From a virus, in IMG/VR virus record IMGVR_UViG_3300024265_000041, positions 1 through 64,000 of that record: 64,000 bases of DNA. One strand, given 5' to 3'. Below are positions 1-7,613 of this stretch, one piece after another. Each line of letters starts with the position of its first letter. The first letter of the stretch is position 1. The notes under the pieces are model-generated. The model was not told the origin of the DNA. It did not search any database and saw only the letters and a program-made list of their open reading frames with translations. Both the position numbers and the translations under genes were made by a program.

Positions 1-50
1 CCCCACAGAACCCCCCACAGAACCCCTCACAGAACCCCTCACAGAATCCC
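1..50. repeat. 12-bp tandem repeat CCCC(C/T)CACAGAA, at least 4 copies, truncated by the window edge
   Basis: Read directly from the sequence; encodes SVRG/SVGG on the - strand. Confidence 0.9.
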
Positions 51-234
51 AGGTTTTTAACAATTCAATGGCCTCAGCAATTGAAATTTCAGGCACTTCT
101 AGGGTCAAAGGATTTTTTGGAAACAAGGCTTTTTCTATATCAAACCCCAGTTCCCTCCTTTTCTCTTTACAAAGTTTTCTGATTTCCTTTTCACATGGAG
201 TTGGTAGAATTAAATCTAATAACTTTTTATTCAT
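1..234 (-). CDS. Hypothetical protein with S-V-x-G tetrapeptide repeats (partial, runs off the window start; not in the ORF track)
   Basis: ATG at 234 preceded by AAGGAAAGGA. The frame is open to base 1: MNKKLLDLILPTPCEKEIRKLCKEKRRELGFDIEKALFPKNPLTLEVPEISIAEAIELLKTWDSVRGSVRGSVGGSVG... Confidence 0.75.
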   Translation of the reverse strand, partial: MNKKLLDLILPTPCEKEIRKLCKEKRRELGFDIEKALFPKNPLTLEVPEISIAEAIELLKTWDSVRGSVRGSVGGSVG

Positions 235-266
235 TTCCTTTCCTTTATACGGGTTACGAAAATTCT

Positions 267-289
267 TAATGGGTTTAGCTAAACACACC
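267..289. repeat. 23-bp intergenic repeat, copy 1, containing the palindrome GTTTAGCTAAAC
   Basis: TAATGGGTTTAGCTAAACACACC; one mismatch to the copy at 1019-1041. Confidence 0.8.
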
Positions 290-315
290 CCCTAAGTACT
301 GTTGAGAGTGATTGT

Positions 316-654
316 TCAATTTGGTTTTACGTGGTATCTAGGGTGCTGATAAATCACACCTTCTCTCTTATCTGCAAACTCAATTTTTACAATACAGTTA
401 TCTAAAATTGGTGTGCCTCCTGTACTCCTTGAATTATAAATTAATATTGGGACTTTATGAGGCCCCATTGAGCGCCCTATTGTACCACAAACGTCATAAA
501 TATCGCCCCAGTCTTCCCCGGTTTCAACATCGCCCCAGTGGAATCTAACTCTCTGATTCCTACAACGTATTGCTTCGAGTAGACTAGCCATTTTTTGACT
601 GGTTTCTTTATGGTAGTAAGTTCCGTTTACTACTCTGTGGTTGTCAATAATCAC
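316..654 (-). CDS. Hypothetical phage protein
   Basis: ORF track 316..714. A GTG at 654 with AAAGGGGA upstream is the more plausible start. Contains WGDVETGEDW, GTIGRSMG and ILDNCIVKI motifs that I recall from other phage hypotheticals. Confidence 0.7.
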   Translation of the reverse strand: MIIDNHRVVNGTYYHKETSQKMASLLEAIRCRNQRVRFHWGDVETGEDWGDIYDVCGTIGRSMGPHKVPILIYNSRSTGGTPILDNCIVKIEFADKREGVIYQHPRYHVKPN

Positions 655-664
655 TTTAATCCCC

Positions 665-684
665 TTTCGTACGTTTGTACGAAA
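665..684. promoter_or_regulatory. Palindromic operator-like site TTTCGTAC-N4-GTACGAAA (copy 1)
   Basis: TTTCGTAC GTTT GTACGAAA, abutting the RBS of the 316..654 gene. Confidence 0.6.
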
Positions 685-782
685 AATTTGGTACGACTTG
701 AAGGCCTTCCCCACCCCTTACGTTTTCGACGCATACCTTACGGCACGACTTACGCGCGCTTTCAGATCTTAATAATTTCCCC

Positions 783-995
783 TTGAGACCTTTATGGGTG
801 AATCGAACATTTTAATAGTCTGCATTTAACGGGCGGGACCGCCCGAGCCATTTGTCTCACCAGAGTTACACAAGATTATTGTCTTGATCACAATCATAGA
901 GAATCGAACTCTACTCCCTTCACTATAGTCCTCGGCTAGCGAGCAAGAATTTCACCTGCCTTCACAATAGTCACTATCAAAATGACTATTAAGAA
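783..995 (-). ncRNA. Candidate structured RNA with T-loop-like hairpins
   Basis: On the - strand: TAGAG-TTCGATT-CTCTA (897-913), GCAGG-TGAAATT-CTTGC (943-959), a second GTTCGATTC (800-808), the GC hairpin CGGGCGG/CCGCCCG (830-845) and an AATAGTCA/TGACTATT stem; no ORF-track gene in this stretch. Confidence 0.3.
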
Positions 996-1018
996 AACTT
1001 GTTATACTCCTCTTTTAC

Positions 1019-1041
1019 TAATGAGTTTAGCTAAACACACC
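1019..1041. repeat. 23-bp intergenic repeat, copy 2 (GTTTAGCTAAAC palindrome)
   Basis: TAATGAGTTTAGCTAAACACACC. Confidence 0.8.
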
Positions 1042-1283
1042 TATGAGAACTGTTTCGAAGCTATCTAATTTAGTTTCTATGATGTGTTTAATTCCTACCC
1101 ACTAGGGTTGGTATTTTATTGGTGGCTATATGTCCACCGCTGGTGCGGTCTGTAATTGAGGCCCGGTTAATTACCTACCTAAAAAACAGTTGCCGCTGTG
1201 TATTTTCTGGGAGACTCTATAGCCTCCTAAAGTTTGAGCATAATTTGGTTTGCCCTCCTTTCAAGATTCTTCATTGTTACTGG

Positions 1284-1568
1284 TTAACTGGTCGTCTTGT
1301 TACCTCTAAGGGCGTCAGAGTCACCAAATCCAACTCTTGAATCTTCTATACTTCCGTGGTCATAAACTGCCCAAATTTCATAGACAAAATGATCGCCAAT
1401 TTCAGCTAATTTGTTTACTAATTCATTAGCCGCCTGAATAGGTACCATATCAGAAACTAAGATGCTCCTTTCAGTTATTTTCTCGTTTTCTAGCACCTCA
1501 TTAGAGAACCTAAAAACGTAACACATGCCTCTCTTGTAATAAACTTTTAACCGGTATAATTTAGCCAT
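1284..1568 (-). CDS. Hypothetical protein (94 aa)
   Basis: In-frame ATG at 1568 (MAKLYRLK) with an AGGAG RBS. The longer ORF-track start at 1778 runs through an inverted repeat. Confidence 0.65.
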   Translation of the reverse strand: MAKLYRLKVYYKRGMCYVFRFSNEVLENEKITERSILVSDMVPIQAANELVNKLAEIGDHFVYEIWAVYDHGSIEDSRVGFGDSDALRGNKTTS

Positions 1569-1644
1569 TATTTTCGCTCCTACTTGATTTGATGAGCCTA
1601 CCAACACCTTAAAATGTCGTTTTCTTGTAACTTTGCGTGCAAAA

Positions 1645-1834
1645 TGTAAGAAATGTAGTCGATTTAAGCGTTTTTGCCTGTTTTGTGCAGTAAACGCGTT
1701 TTTGGTGAATTTGTGCTTTTTTACGGTAAAAGGCACTGGTTCGACCAATTTAGGTGGCGGTTTCGGTTTCGGGTTCAAGGTTGTTGTAAGATGGTTGTAA
1801 TTGACTGTTTCTTAAATCGACTACATTTCTTACA
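1645..1834. repeat. Perfect 24-bp inverted repeat flanking a 142-bp spacer
   Basis: TGTAAGAAATGTAGTCGATTTAAG (1645-1668) and CTTAAATCGACTACATTTCTTACA (1811-1834). Confidence 0.9.
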
Positions 1835-2506
1835 GTTTGTTGTAACTGTGACAGCAAACTGTAATTGTCTAACTGCTTGATTTCCCTCATTTTAATGTAA
1901 TAGTGCAGTAAATTCAGGCAAAAACACCTATTTTTACTGTCTCTTGATCTTGATCCCCCTTAACCCTAAAAAACAAAACGCCCGGCGTGTTAAAAAGAAA
2001 AGTGAAAATCTGACCACGCACTGGATCTTAAATCCTATAAAATGTAAAATACCTTACTTTACTAACTATAAACTAATAACAACCTTGAAATATACTCTCA
2101 AAACTACTTCTAAACAAACCTTGATTCTTTACTTCAAAACATATGGTTGTATGAGTAGTATCACTTGAGAGAACCGGCCTCAGCACCGCCCTTCCAACAG
2201 GTAAGAGAGGAAGCGCCGAAACCGCCTCAAACCTTATCGCCTAATCCGCCAGATAGCCTTTCTTCTTTCCGCAAATTTTGGGGGGTCAGTTTTGCGCTTA
2301 TACGCTCCGTAAATTCCACACACCATAAGGACCAAAAAAAGAGTAACTAAACAAACAAACCCTATGGTTATGATCAACTCAATAATTAATTCAAACATGG
2401 GGTGGTCCTCTTATTGATTAATTGGTTTTAGTAAATCTTGATTTACTGAAATCAACTAATTTTCGAAACCGCCACCGCCGCCACCGGCAACAGTTTCGAA
2501 AAAGAA

Positions 2507-2782
2507 TCAATGAGACATAAACGTGATAGGGGAATCTGGATTTGAATTTAGAACTTGGTGGGCTTTTAGTTTTAACTCAGCTTCAAGACCACGACTAAAC
2601 CAAATAACTTTTACTTCCCAAGTGGTGCCTTCTGAATGGTTACGCTGTAATGTTTCAAGATCTTGGTTTGCAACCGATAAAATGTCTTTTGAATTTAAAG
2701 TAGCAGGTAATGGGGAAGAGGAAACTAAATCTGATCTATACCCCCCGAAAAATACGCGTCTCTTTATAGTAGCGTTTAACAT
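2507..2782 (-). CDS. Hypothetical protein (91 aa)
   Basis: ATG with a GGAGG RBS; same strand as its neighbours. Confidence 0.65.
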   Translation of the reverse strand: MLNATIKRRVFFGGYRSDLVSSSPLPATLNSKDILSVANQDLETLQRNHSEGTTWEVKVIWFSRGLEAELKLKAHQVLNSNPDSPITFMSH

Positions 2783-2794
2783 GATAACCTCCGG

Positions 2795-2814
2795 TTTCGT
2801 ACATTTGTACGAAA
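2795..2814. promoter_or_regulatory. Palindromic operator-like site (copy 2)
   Basis: TTTCGTAC ATTT GTACGAAA immediately upstream of the RBS of 2507..2782. Confidence 0.6.
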
Positions 2815-2821
2815 AGTAAAA

Positions 2822-2976
2822 GCGCGCCGCCGATGTAACTGGCGGCGCGTAAAAATCGCCGACTAGTTTTGGGGTCCGGTCGGCGATAGCCAGTAGTGGC
2901 TATTTTATACGCCGGAATACTGAGCGGCGTATAAGATAACCGCCAATGAGGCGGGAAGGGGCCGCGCCAGTATGGC
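2822..2976. other. Array of 5-6 consecutive GC-rich hairpins
   Basis: Stems GCGCGCCGCC/GGCGGCGCGT, ATCGCCGAC/GTCGGCGAT, ATAGCCA/TGGCTAT, TTATACGCCG/CGGCGTATAA, CCGCC/GGCGG and GCCA/TGGC. Confidence 0.75.
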
Positions 2977-2998
2977 ACGACCTATAGGGGGTATGAGG

Positions 2999-3625
2999 TT
3001 ATGCTGCCTTAACAGAAGGCTTTGCAGGGGTAACAGGCTTTGCGCTAGCCTGTAGTTTCAGGATACAGTCGGCCTGAGCGATGGGCAGTAGGCCAGAGAA
3101 CAACTCGATAATGGTATCTTCGACATTCAATTCTAAGGAGGACATAGATTGTTTGAGAGCGAAAATGCGGTCATCAAATTCAGAACCGGCTAGTTTGGCG
3201 AGGAACTTTGATTTTTCAGTTATGTTCTCGTATCGATTGCCACCGGCTGAATTTGTTGAGTTGTTTTGATTTGCAGCCTTACCTCCCTTAGCTTTTGCTA
3301 TGGCAGTGATTGAGCAAGTATTACCCTTCACTTTGGCGGATAGCTTTTTGTTTTTGTTGAATGCGTATTCACCAGATGCTAATAGACGATTGATGGCAGT
3401 TCTGGACGCGGCGAAATCTGCGGCTTTTTCCTGCTTAGTACCGGCGGATTTGGTGTGGGCTTTATAGACGGCAGTGACAAGATCGGTCGCCTGCTTGATC
3501 GTTGTGCAATGAGAGAAATATTCTGATACTTCGACTTTGAATTTCCTACATTCGAACTGAGTAGAGACGGCGAGCGCGGCGAGCGCTGCCACATGTTCAA
3601 CTAAATTGTATTTTTTAAGTGCCAT
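2999..3625 (-). CDS. Ala/Lys-rich hypothetical protein, first gene behind the leftward promoter
   Basis: 208-aa ORF with an AGGA RBS, directly downstream of the 3721-3749 promoter. Confidence 0.75.
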   Translation of the reverse strand: MALKKYNLVEHVAALAALAVSTQFECRKFKVEVSEYFSHCTTIKQATDLVTAVYKAHTKSAGTKQEKAADFAASRTAINRLLASGEYAFNKNKKLSAKVKGNTCSITAIAKAKGGKAANQNNSTNSAGGNRYENITEKSKFLAKLAGSEFDDRIFALKQSMSSLELNVEDTIIELFSGLLPIAQADCILKLQASAKPVTPAKPSVKAA

Positions 3626-3652
3626 GATCTTAGGTTCCTGTTTAGTGTGGTG

Positions 3653-3672
3653 GTTTGTACATCTGTACGAAA
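3653..3672. promoter_or_regulatory. Palindromic operator-like site (copy 3, imperfect)
   Basis: GTTTGTAC ATCT GTACGAAA between the promoter and the start of 2999..3625. Confidence 0.5.
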
Positions 3673-3720
3673 CCGAGGGTCAAGACGAAAGATAAAAACA
3701 AACTTACCTTGACGTCACTG

Positions 3721-3749
3721 ATCTTACCAAGATAAGTAGTCTATGTCAA
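3721..3749 (-). promoter_or_regulatory. Sigma70-type promoter (leftward)
   Basis: TTGACA-17 bp-TAAGAT with an extended -10 TG (TGG TAAGAT). Confidence 0.75.
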
Positions 3750-3820
3750 GTACATGTATATAGTCTATGTCAAGTTAGTTTGTATGTATATGATTTATAT
3801 AATGTTATATAGTTGTTAGT

Positions 3821-3840
3821 TTTCGTACGGTTGTACGAAA
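3821..3840. promoter_or_regulatory. Palindromic operator-like site (copy 4)
   Basis: TTTCGTAC GGTT GTACGAAA between the divergent promoters. Confidence 0.6.
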
Positions 3841-4127
3841 CTGTTAATAGAGACCCCTACCACATCTTTATTTTCGGTTTTTTGGTACAGAGGTTGCACT
3901 AGGCAGCGCACGAACACCAGAAATATTTGAAATTAATGTTGTGGTCTATGTCAAGTAGGAACGAAACCGGCCTCTCCTCTCAAAATAAGGCTAAAAATGA
4001 CGCTAACCTCTACCGCGACAAGGTCCCAACGAAGATATTACCTTTCTCCGTATCGATATAGGTCGCTTAGAGGTCGCCTGGGTGGGGTGAAAATCGGGGT
4101 GATCTGGCGACCGACAGGCGACTATTA

Positions 4128-4156
4128 TTGACATAGATAAGTATCCATGGCATTTT
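4128..4156 (+). promoter_or_regulatory. Sigma70-type promoter (rightward, upstream of the packaging genes)
   Basis: TTGACA-17 bp-CATTTT with TGG before the -10; shares TTGACATAGA with the other promoters. Confidence 0.55.
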
Positions 4157-4248
4157 AGTGATGGACTTAATACGTCAGTAACGCCTTCGGGGAGAAATTG
4201 TAGTACTCCCCAGTTTTACTCAACATTCTTATAAGGAACTTATTTGCT

Positions 4249-4503
4249 ATGAGCCAATGCAAAAAAGTGCCAGTCGCAGATCAAGTGATTAGGCCTAACC
4301 CACTCGCATTATTAATTCATTATTTTTTCACTGGTAACATTTACAGCACAGTTTACATAGTTGATGGCATCCTGAGTTTTGATGCATCTGTTTTTAAGGA
4401 GCATAGGCGAAGAATGAGGATTAATAATGCTCGTCTTTCAGGTATGAGTAAAAAGAAGGCAAGGAAGTTCGTAGACAAATTCGAATTAGCAATACTAGAG
4501 TAG
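4249..4503 (+). CDS. Hypothetical protein
   Basis: 84-aa ORF with an AAGGA RBS. Confidence 0.6.
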   Translation: MSQCKKVPVADQVIRPNPLALLIHYFFTGNIYSTVYIVDGILSFDASVFKEHRRRMRINNARLSGMSKKKARKFVDKFELAILE

Positions 4504-4570
4504 GTTTCTTCTACGCAGTTATTCCTTTAGTTATGATACACTCAAACCATATAAGGGGATTTGAAAACTG

Positions 4571-5107
4571 ATGAGTAAAGAAAAGAAAGCGCCAACGCTA
4601 AACCAGGAAAATGACCCAGGTAAAAATAGGGTTAGGCCTAGCCCTCCTCCTGAAATAGACATTCGTGATTTAGAGAACGCTATACCTTACTCAGTTAATG
4701 AAAGGAAAATAGCAGTAGCCTACTTGGTAAAATGCCAGGAATTTTTAACTAAAGAAGAACACATTATTCTTCAAGATTTAATTCCAAGGCCCCCACCTCC
4801 AAAATCCTTAGAGATAGACCTGAAGAATATGATGCAGGAACAAATGGCTGCGGCGCGCTCCTTAAAAGATCAATTCTTTACCAGGGAAGGTAAATTCAAA
4901 CTGACGGCGGATCCAAAAGAAGCCAGGGAAGCGCTTAGAGGAGCCCAGTTAATTATCGAAGCCGTTTTTAAATTGCAAGATAAAATTGATATAGCAACAA
5001 AACTGTCCGTAATGGAGCAGTCGTTATTGTCTGTTTCTCAGGAGTTGCCTCCCGAGTTACAGGAAAAGTTTTTCGCTCGCGTCGAGCGTATTTTAGGAGA
5101 TAAATAA
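4571..5107 (+). CDS. Putative terminase small subunit
   Basis: Helical 178-aa protein upstream of TerL; called from size and position only. Confidence 0.45.
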   Translation: MSKEKKAPTLNQENDPGKNRVRPSPPPEIDIRDLENAIPYSVNERKIAVAYLVKCQEFLTKEEHIILQDLIPRPPPPKSLEIDLKNMMQEQMAAARSLKDQFFTREGKFKLTADPKEAREALRGAQLIIEAVFKLQDKIDIATKLSVMEQSLLSVSQELPPELQEKFFARVERILGDK

Positions 5108-5108
5108 A

Positions 5109-5333
5109 ATGGCTAAAGAACTGGCAGGAAAATTGATGAATAAACTTCACCTTATGTCCGATGAAGAGGCACAGTACGTTAAAGATGTAAACTGTATGAA
5201 CCCTAACTGGTGCACTGCGGGGATGCTGTTAAATCTTCAAGAGATAGAGAAGAGACTGGACCCCCCAAAGTCAATACCAATTGAAGATGAAAATGAGTCC
5301 TTCTTTGCTAAGAAGGGATCAAATAAAAAATAA
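5109..5333 (+). CDS. Hypothetical protein
   Basis: AGGAG RBS; tightly coupled to the upstream gene. Confidence 0.6.
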   Translation: MAKELAGKLMNKLHLMSDEEAQYVKDVNCMNPNWCTAGMLLNLQEIEKRLDPPKSIPIEDENESFFAKKGSNKK

Positions 5334-5385
5334 TCCAATAGTTAATGACCTCCATCTTGGAGGTTGTTTGTTTAAGGTGTTTATT

Positions 5386-5565
5386 ATGTCATCATTAGCG
5401 ACAGAACTTGCAAATCTAGAAACCATACGTGGGATTAAAGCAAACAGTATTATAACGTCAGTTTTGAATGAATTTGGGATCTATAATCCAGAGTTACCCA
5501 CCGCGCTTTTAGAAAAGTTAAGAAATGTTTACAGATTTGAGCCGGTTACGAAAGAGGGTAGTTGA
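5386..5565 (+). CDS. Hypothetical protein (59 aa)
   Basis: In-frame ATG (MSSLATEL) within ORF 5281..5565, with an AAGGTG RBS. Confidence 0.5.
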   Translation: MSSLATELANLETIRGIKANSIITSVLNEFGIYNPELPTALLEKLRNVYRFEPVTKEGS

Positions 5566-5820
5566 GTGAAAGTTTATATTAACGGATTGGAGTTGGAAGG
5601 AGTAAGCAAATTCAAAATTGATAAGGACAGGAAGTCTAATAGATCAAAGTTATTCATAACTGTGTGTGATGAAGATTTTATGTTATTCCTTGATCAATTG
5701 AGTTTAAAATTCGAAGGTGAGGACGCAAAAGTAATCTTGGGGGATACACTCAAAAATTTAAGTCAGGAGGAAGAGAAAGTTTGTAAAGAGTGTCAAAAAT
5801 TAAGAGTAATAGTCTCTTAA
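5566..5820 (+). CDS. Hypothetical protein
   Basis: GAGGG RBS; its stop overlaps the TerL ATG (TAATG). Confidence 0.6.
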   Translation: MKVYINGLELEGVSKFKIDKDRKSNRSKLFITVCDEDFMLFLDQLSLKFEGEDAKVILGDTLKNLSQEEEKVCKECQKLRVIVS

Positions 5821-7613
5821 TGAGTTCGTCCAGTGACAGGTCAATGCAATTAGCGTTCCTGCAAAGGCTTCGCGCTAATTTTGGGGACACCGCAGAGATA
5901 AACAGAGTAGCAGAGTGGTTGTGTGAGAACACCTCGCTTAAGGGGGACTTATGGTCTTATAAGGACCACGAATACCAAATTGACATAGTAAACTGCAATG
6001 CCAGACGACTTTCTGTGAAAAAGTGCTCGCAGATTGGTGTTTCTGAGGCTTTAATCCGAAAAGTACTGGCTTTTTTGAATATTATGAACAATATTAATGC
6101 AATTTATACTCTCCCTAGTAGCACGTTTGCTAGAAAATTTGTGAAAGGCCGATTCGATCCTGTTATAGAAACATCCAAAATTATGTCTACCAATCTCAAC
6201 ATCAACGTGAACTCAACCGAGCAAAAACAGTTTGGTACGTCGTTCCTTTACATTAATGGGTCTTACGGCCAGCAGAGTGCAATTTCTATCCCTGCTGAGA
6301 TGGTGGTCCAGGATGAAACAGATTTTTGTGACCAAAAAGTTCTTACCACTTACTCTTCTCGTTTACGTCATGCTAAGGACGGCGGGTATCTCTGGGACTT
6401 CTCGACACCCACTGTTGCCGGATACGGGATCTCTAAAAGTTTTGACCTCTCTGACCAACGTTATTACATGTGCAAGTGCAAATGTGGTCATGAAGGGGCT
6501 CCTGACTTCTACAGCGATACGGTTATACCTGGTTATGATGATCCAATTAAAAAGTTTACAAAATCTGTACTTCAGGACCCAAGAGTTAATATCAAAAAGG
6601 CAGTAATGCTATGCCCAAAATGCAGAAATCCTTGGCCATTGGGTGACCCTGACAGACGTCGTTGGGTGACCACCAGACCAAATATTGAGGACCACGCAGG
6701 GTTTCAGGTAAGGCCCTGGGATGTCCCAAAGTTTAATTCTATGCCAGTTATTTTGTCCCAGGCCAACAATTATGATACGCACATGGACTGGGTTAATTTT
6801 GTGTTAGGGGAGGATTACTCTGACTCTAGTAACTCTTTCGTTAGAGAAATTTTAAACAGATGTACCAAGGTTATCCCGATTGTTCCGTCTGAGGATTCGA
6901 CGGTGGGATCTGGATTTTGTATGGGGGTTGATATTGGTAAAACCAGTCATATCACCATAGGTAAAGAAACACCAAAAGGAACGGAGGTTGTTTATGCAGA
7001 AGAGGTTAAAGAAGTGGGTGGTACTGATATTTCTGATAGAATTATTTTTCTCTGTCGTGTGTTTGGTGTACGGAGAGCAGTTATTGACGCAGCTCCAGAT
7101 TTTTCTACAGCAAAACGGGTGGTTTCCGCTATGCCTGAAGGGGTTGCTTATGGTTGCTATTATGTGGATGTTGACCCGAAGAAAATGATAGATATTAGTG
7201 AGAAAGACGGTAGCATATTACATGCCAACAGGACAAAATCATTAAATGAGTTGGCTAGTCTTAGTGCTACTGGGATGTTATTGCTTCCAAAAATGTCTGA
7301 GTCAAGAATAATTAAGGATCATTTAACTAACATGAAAAGAGTTGATCAGAAGAGTAAAAGTCTTGACGGAAAAGTTAGAAGTACCTGGGTACACACCGGC
7401 CCAGATCATTACGGGCACTCATTAAATTACCTGAATATGGCCATTACAACCCTGAGAGACAATATCGGAGTTATACAAAATGCTGTCCTTCCTTCCGTCC
7501 GTAGTGTAAAGTTGTCGAGAGAAAATGACTTAGATGAGCCTCACCATAAGAGACGACTCCTAAGCTCGGAATCAGCAGGTTCCCCATTGGCTCACTATCG
7601 GAGAGATAGGTAA
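5820..7613 (+). CDS. terL: Terminase large subunit, lambda GpA-like
   Basis: Deviant Walker A KCSQIGVSE, Walker B VVQDETD, STPT motif, Cys cluster (CKCKCGH...CPKC) and nuclease GVDIG; start uncertain (5790, 5820 or 5844). Confidence 0.9.
   Translation: MSSSSDRSMQLAFLQRLRANFGDTAEINRVAEWLCENTSLKGDLWSYKDHEYQIDIVNCNARRLSVKKCSQIGVSEALIRKVLAFLNIMNNINAIYTLPSSTFARKFVKGRFDPVIETSKIMSTNLNINVNSTEQKQFGTSFLYINGSYGQQSAISIPAEMVVQDETDFCDQKVLTTYSSRLRHAKDGGYLWDFSTPTVAGYGISKSFDLSDQRYYMCKCKCGHEGAPDFYSDTVIPGYDDPIKKFTKSVLQDPRVNIKKAVMLCPKCRNPWPLGDPDRRRWVTTRPNIEDHAGFQVRPWDVPKFNSMPVILSQANNYDTHMDWVNFVLGEDYSDSSNSFVREILNRCTKVIPIVPSEDSTVGSGFCMGVDIGKTSHITIGKETPKGTEVVYAEEVKEVGGTDISDRIIFLCRVFGVRRAVIDAAPDFSTAKRVVSAMPEGVAYGCYYVDVDPKKMIDISEKDGSILHANRTKSLNELASLSATGMLLLPKMSESRIIKDHLTNMKRVDQKSKSLDGKVRSTWVHTGPDHYGHSLNYLNMAITTLRDNIGVIQNAVLPSVRSVKLSRENDLDEPHHKRRLLSSESAGSPLAHYRRDR

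Noticed and set aside
880-990. Canonical tRNA gene
   Set aside because: A good T-arm is present, but I could not identify D and anticodon arms or a properly spaced acceptor stem; kept only as a candidate ncRNA.
3738-3775. AGTCTATGTCAAGT direct repeat as a mini-CRISPR
   Set aside because: Only two adjacent copies 24 bp apart; they are explained as the reverse complement of TTGACATAGAC promoter boxes.
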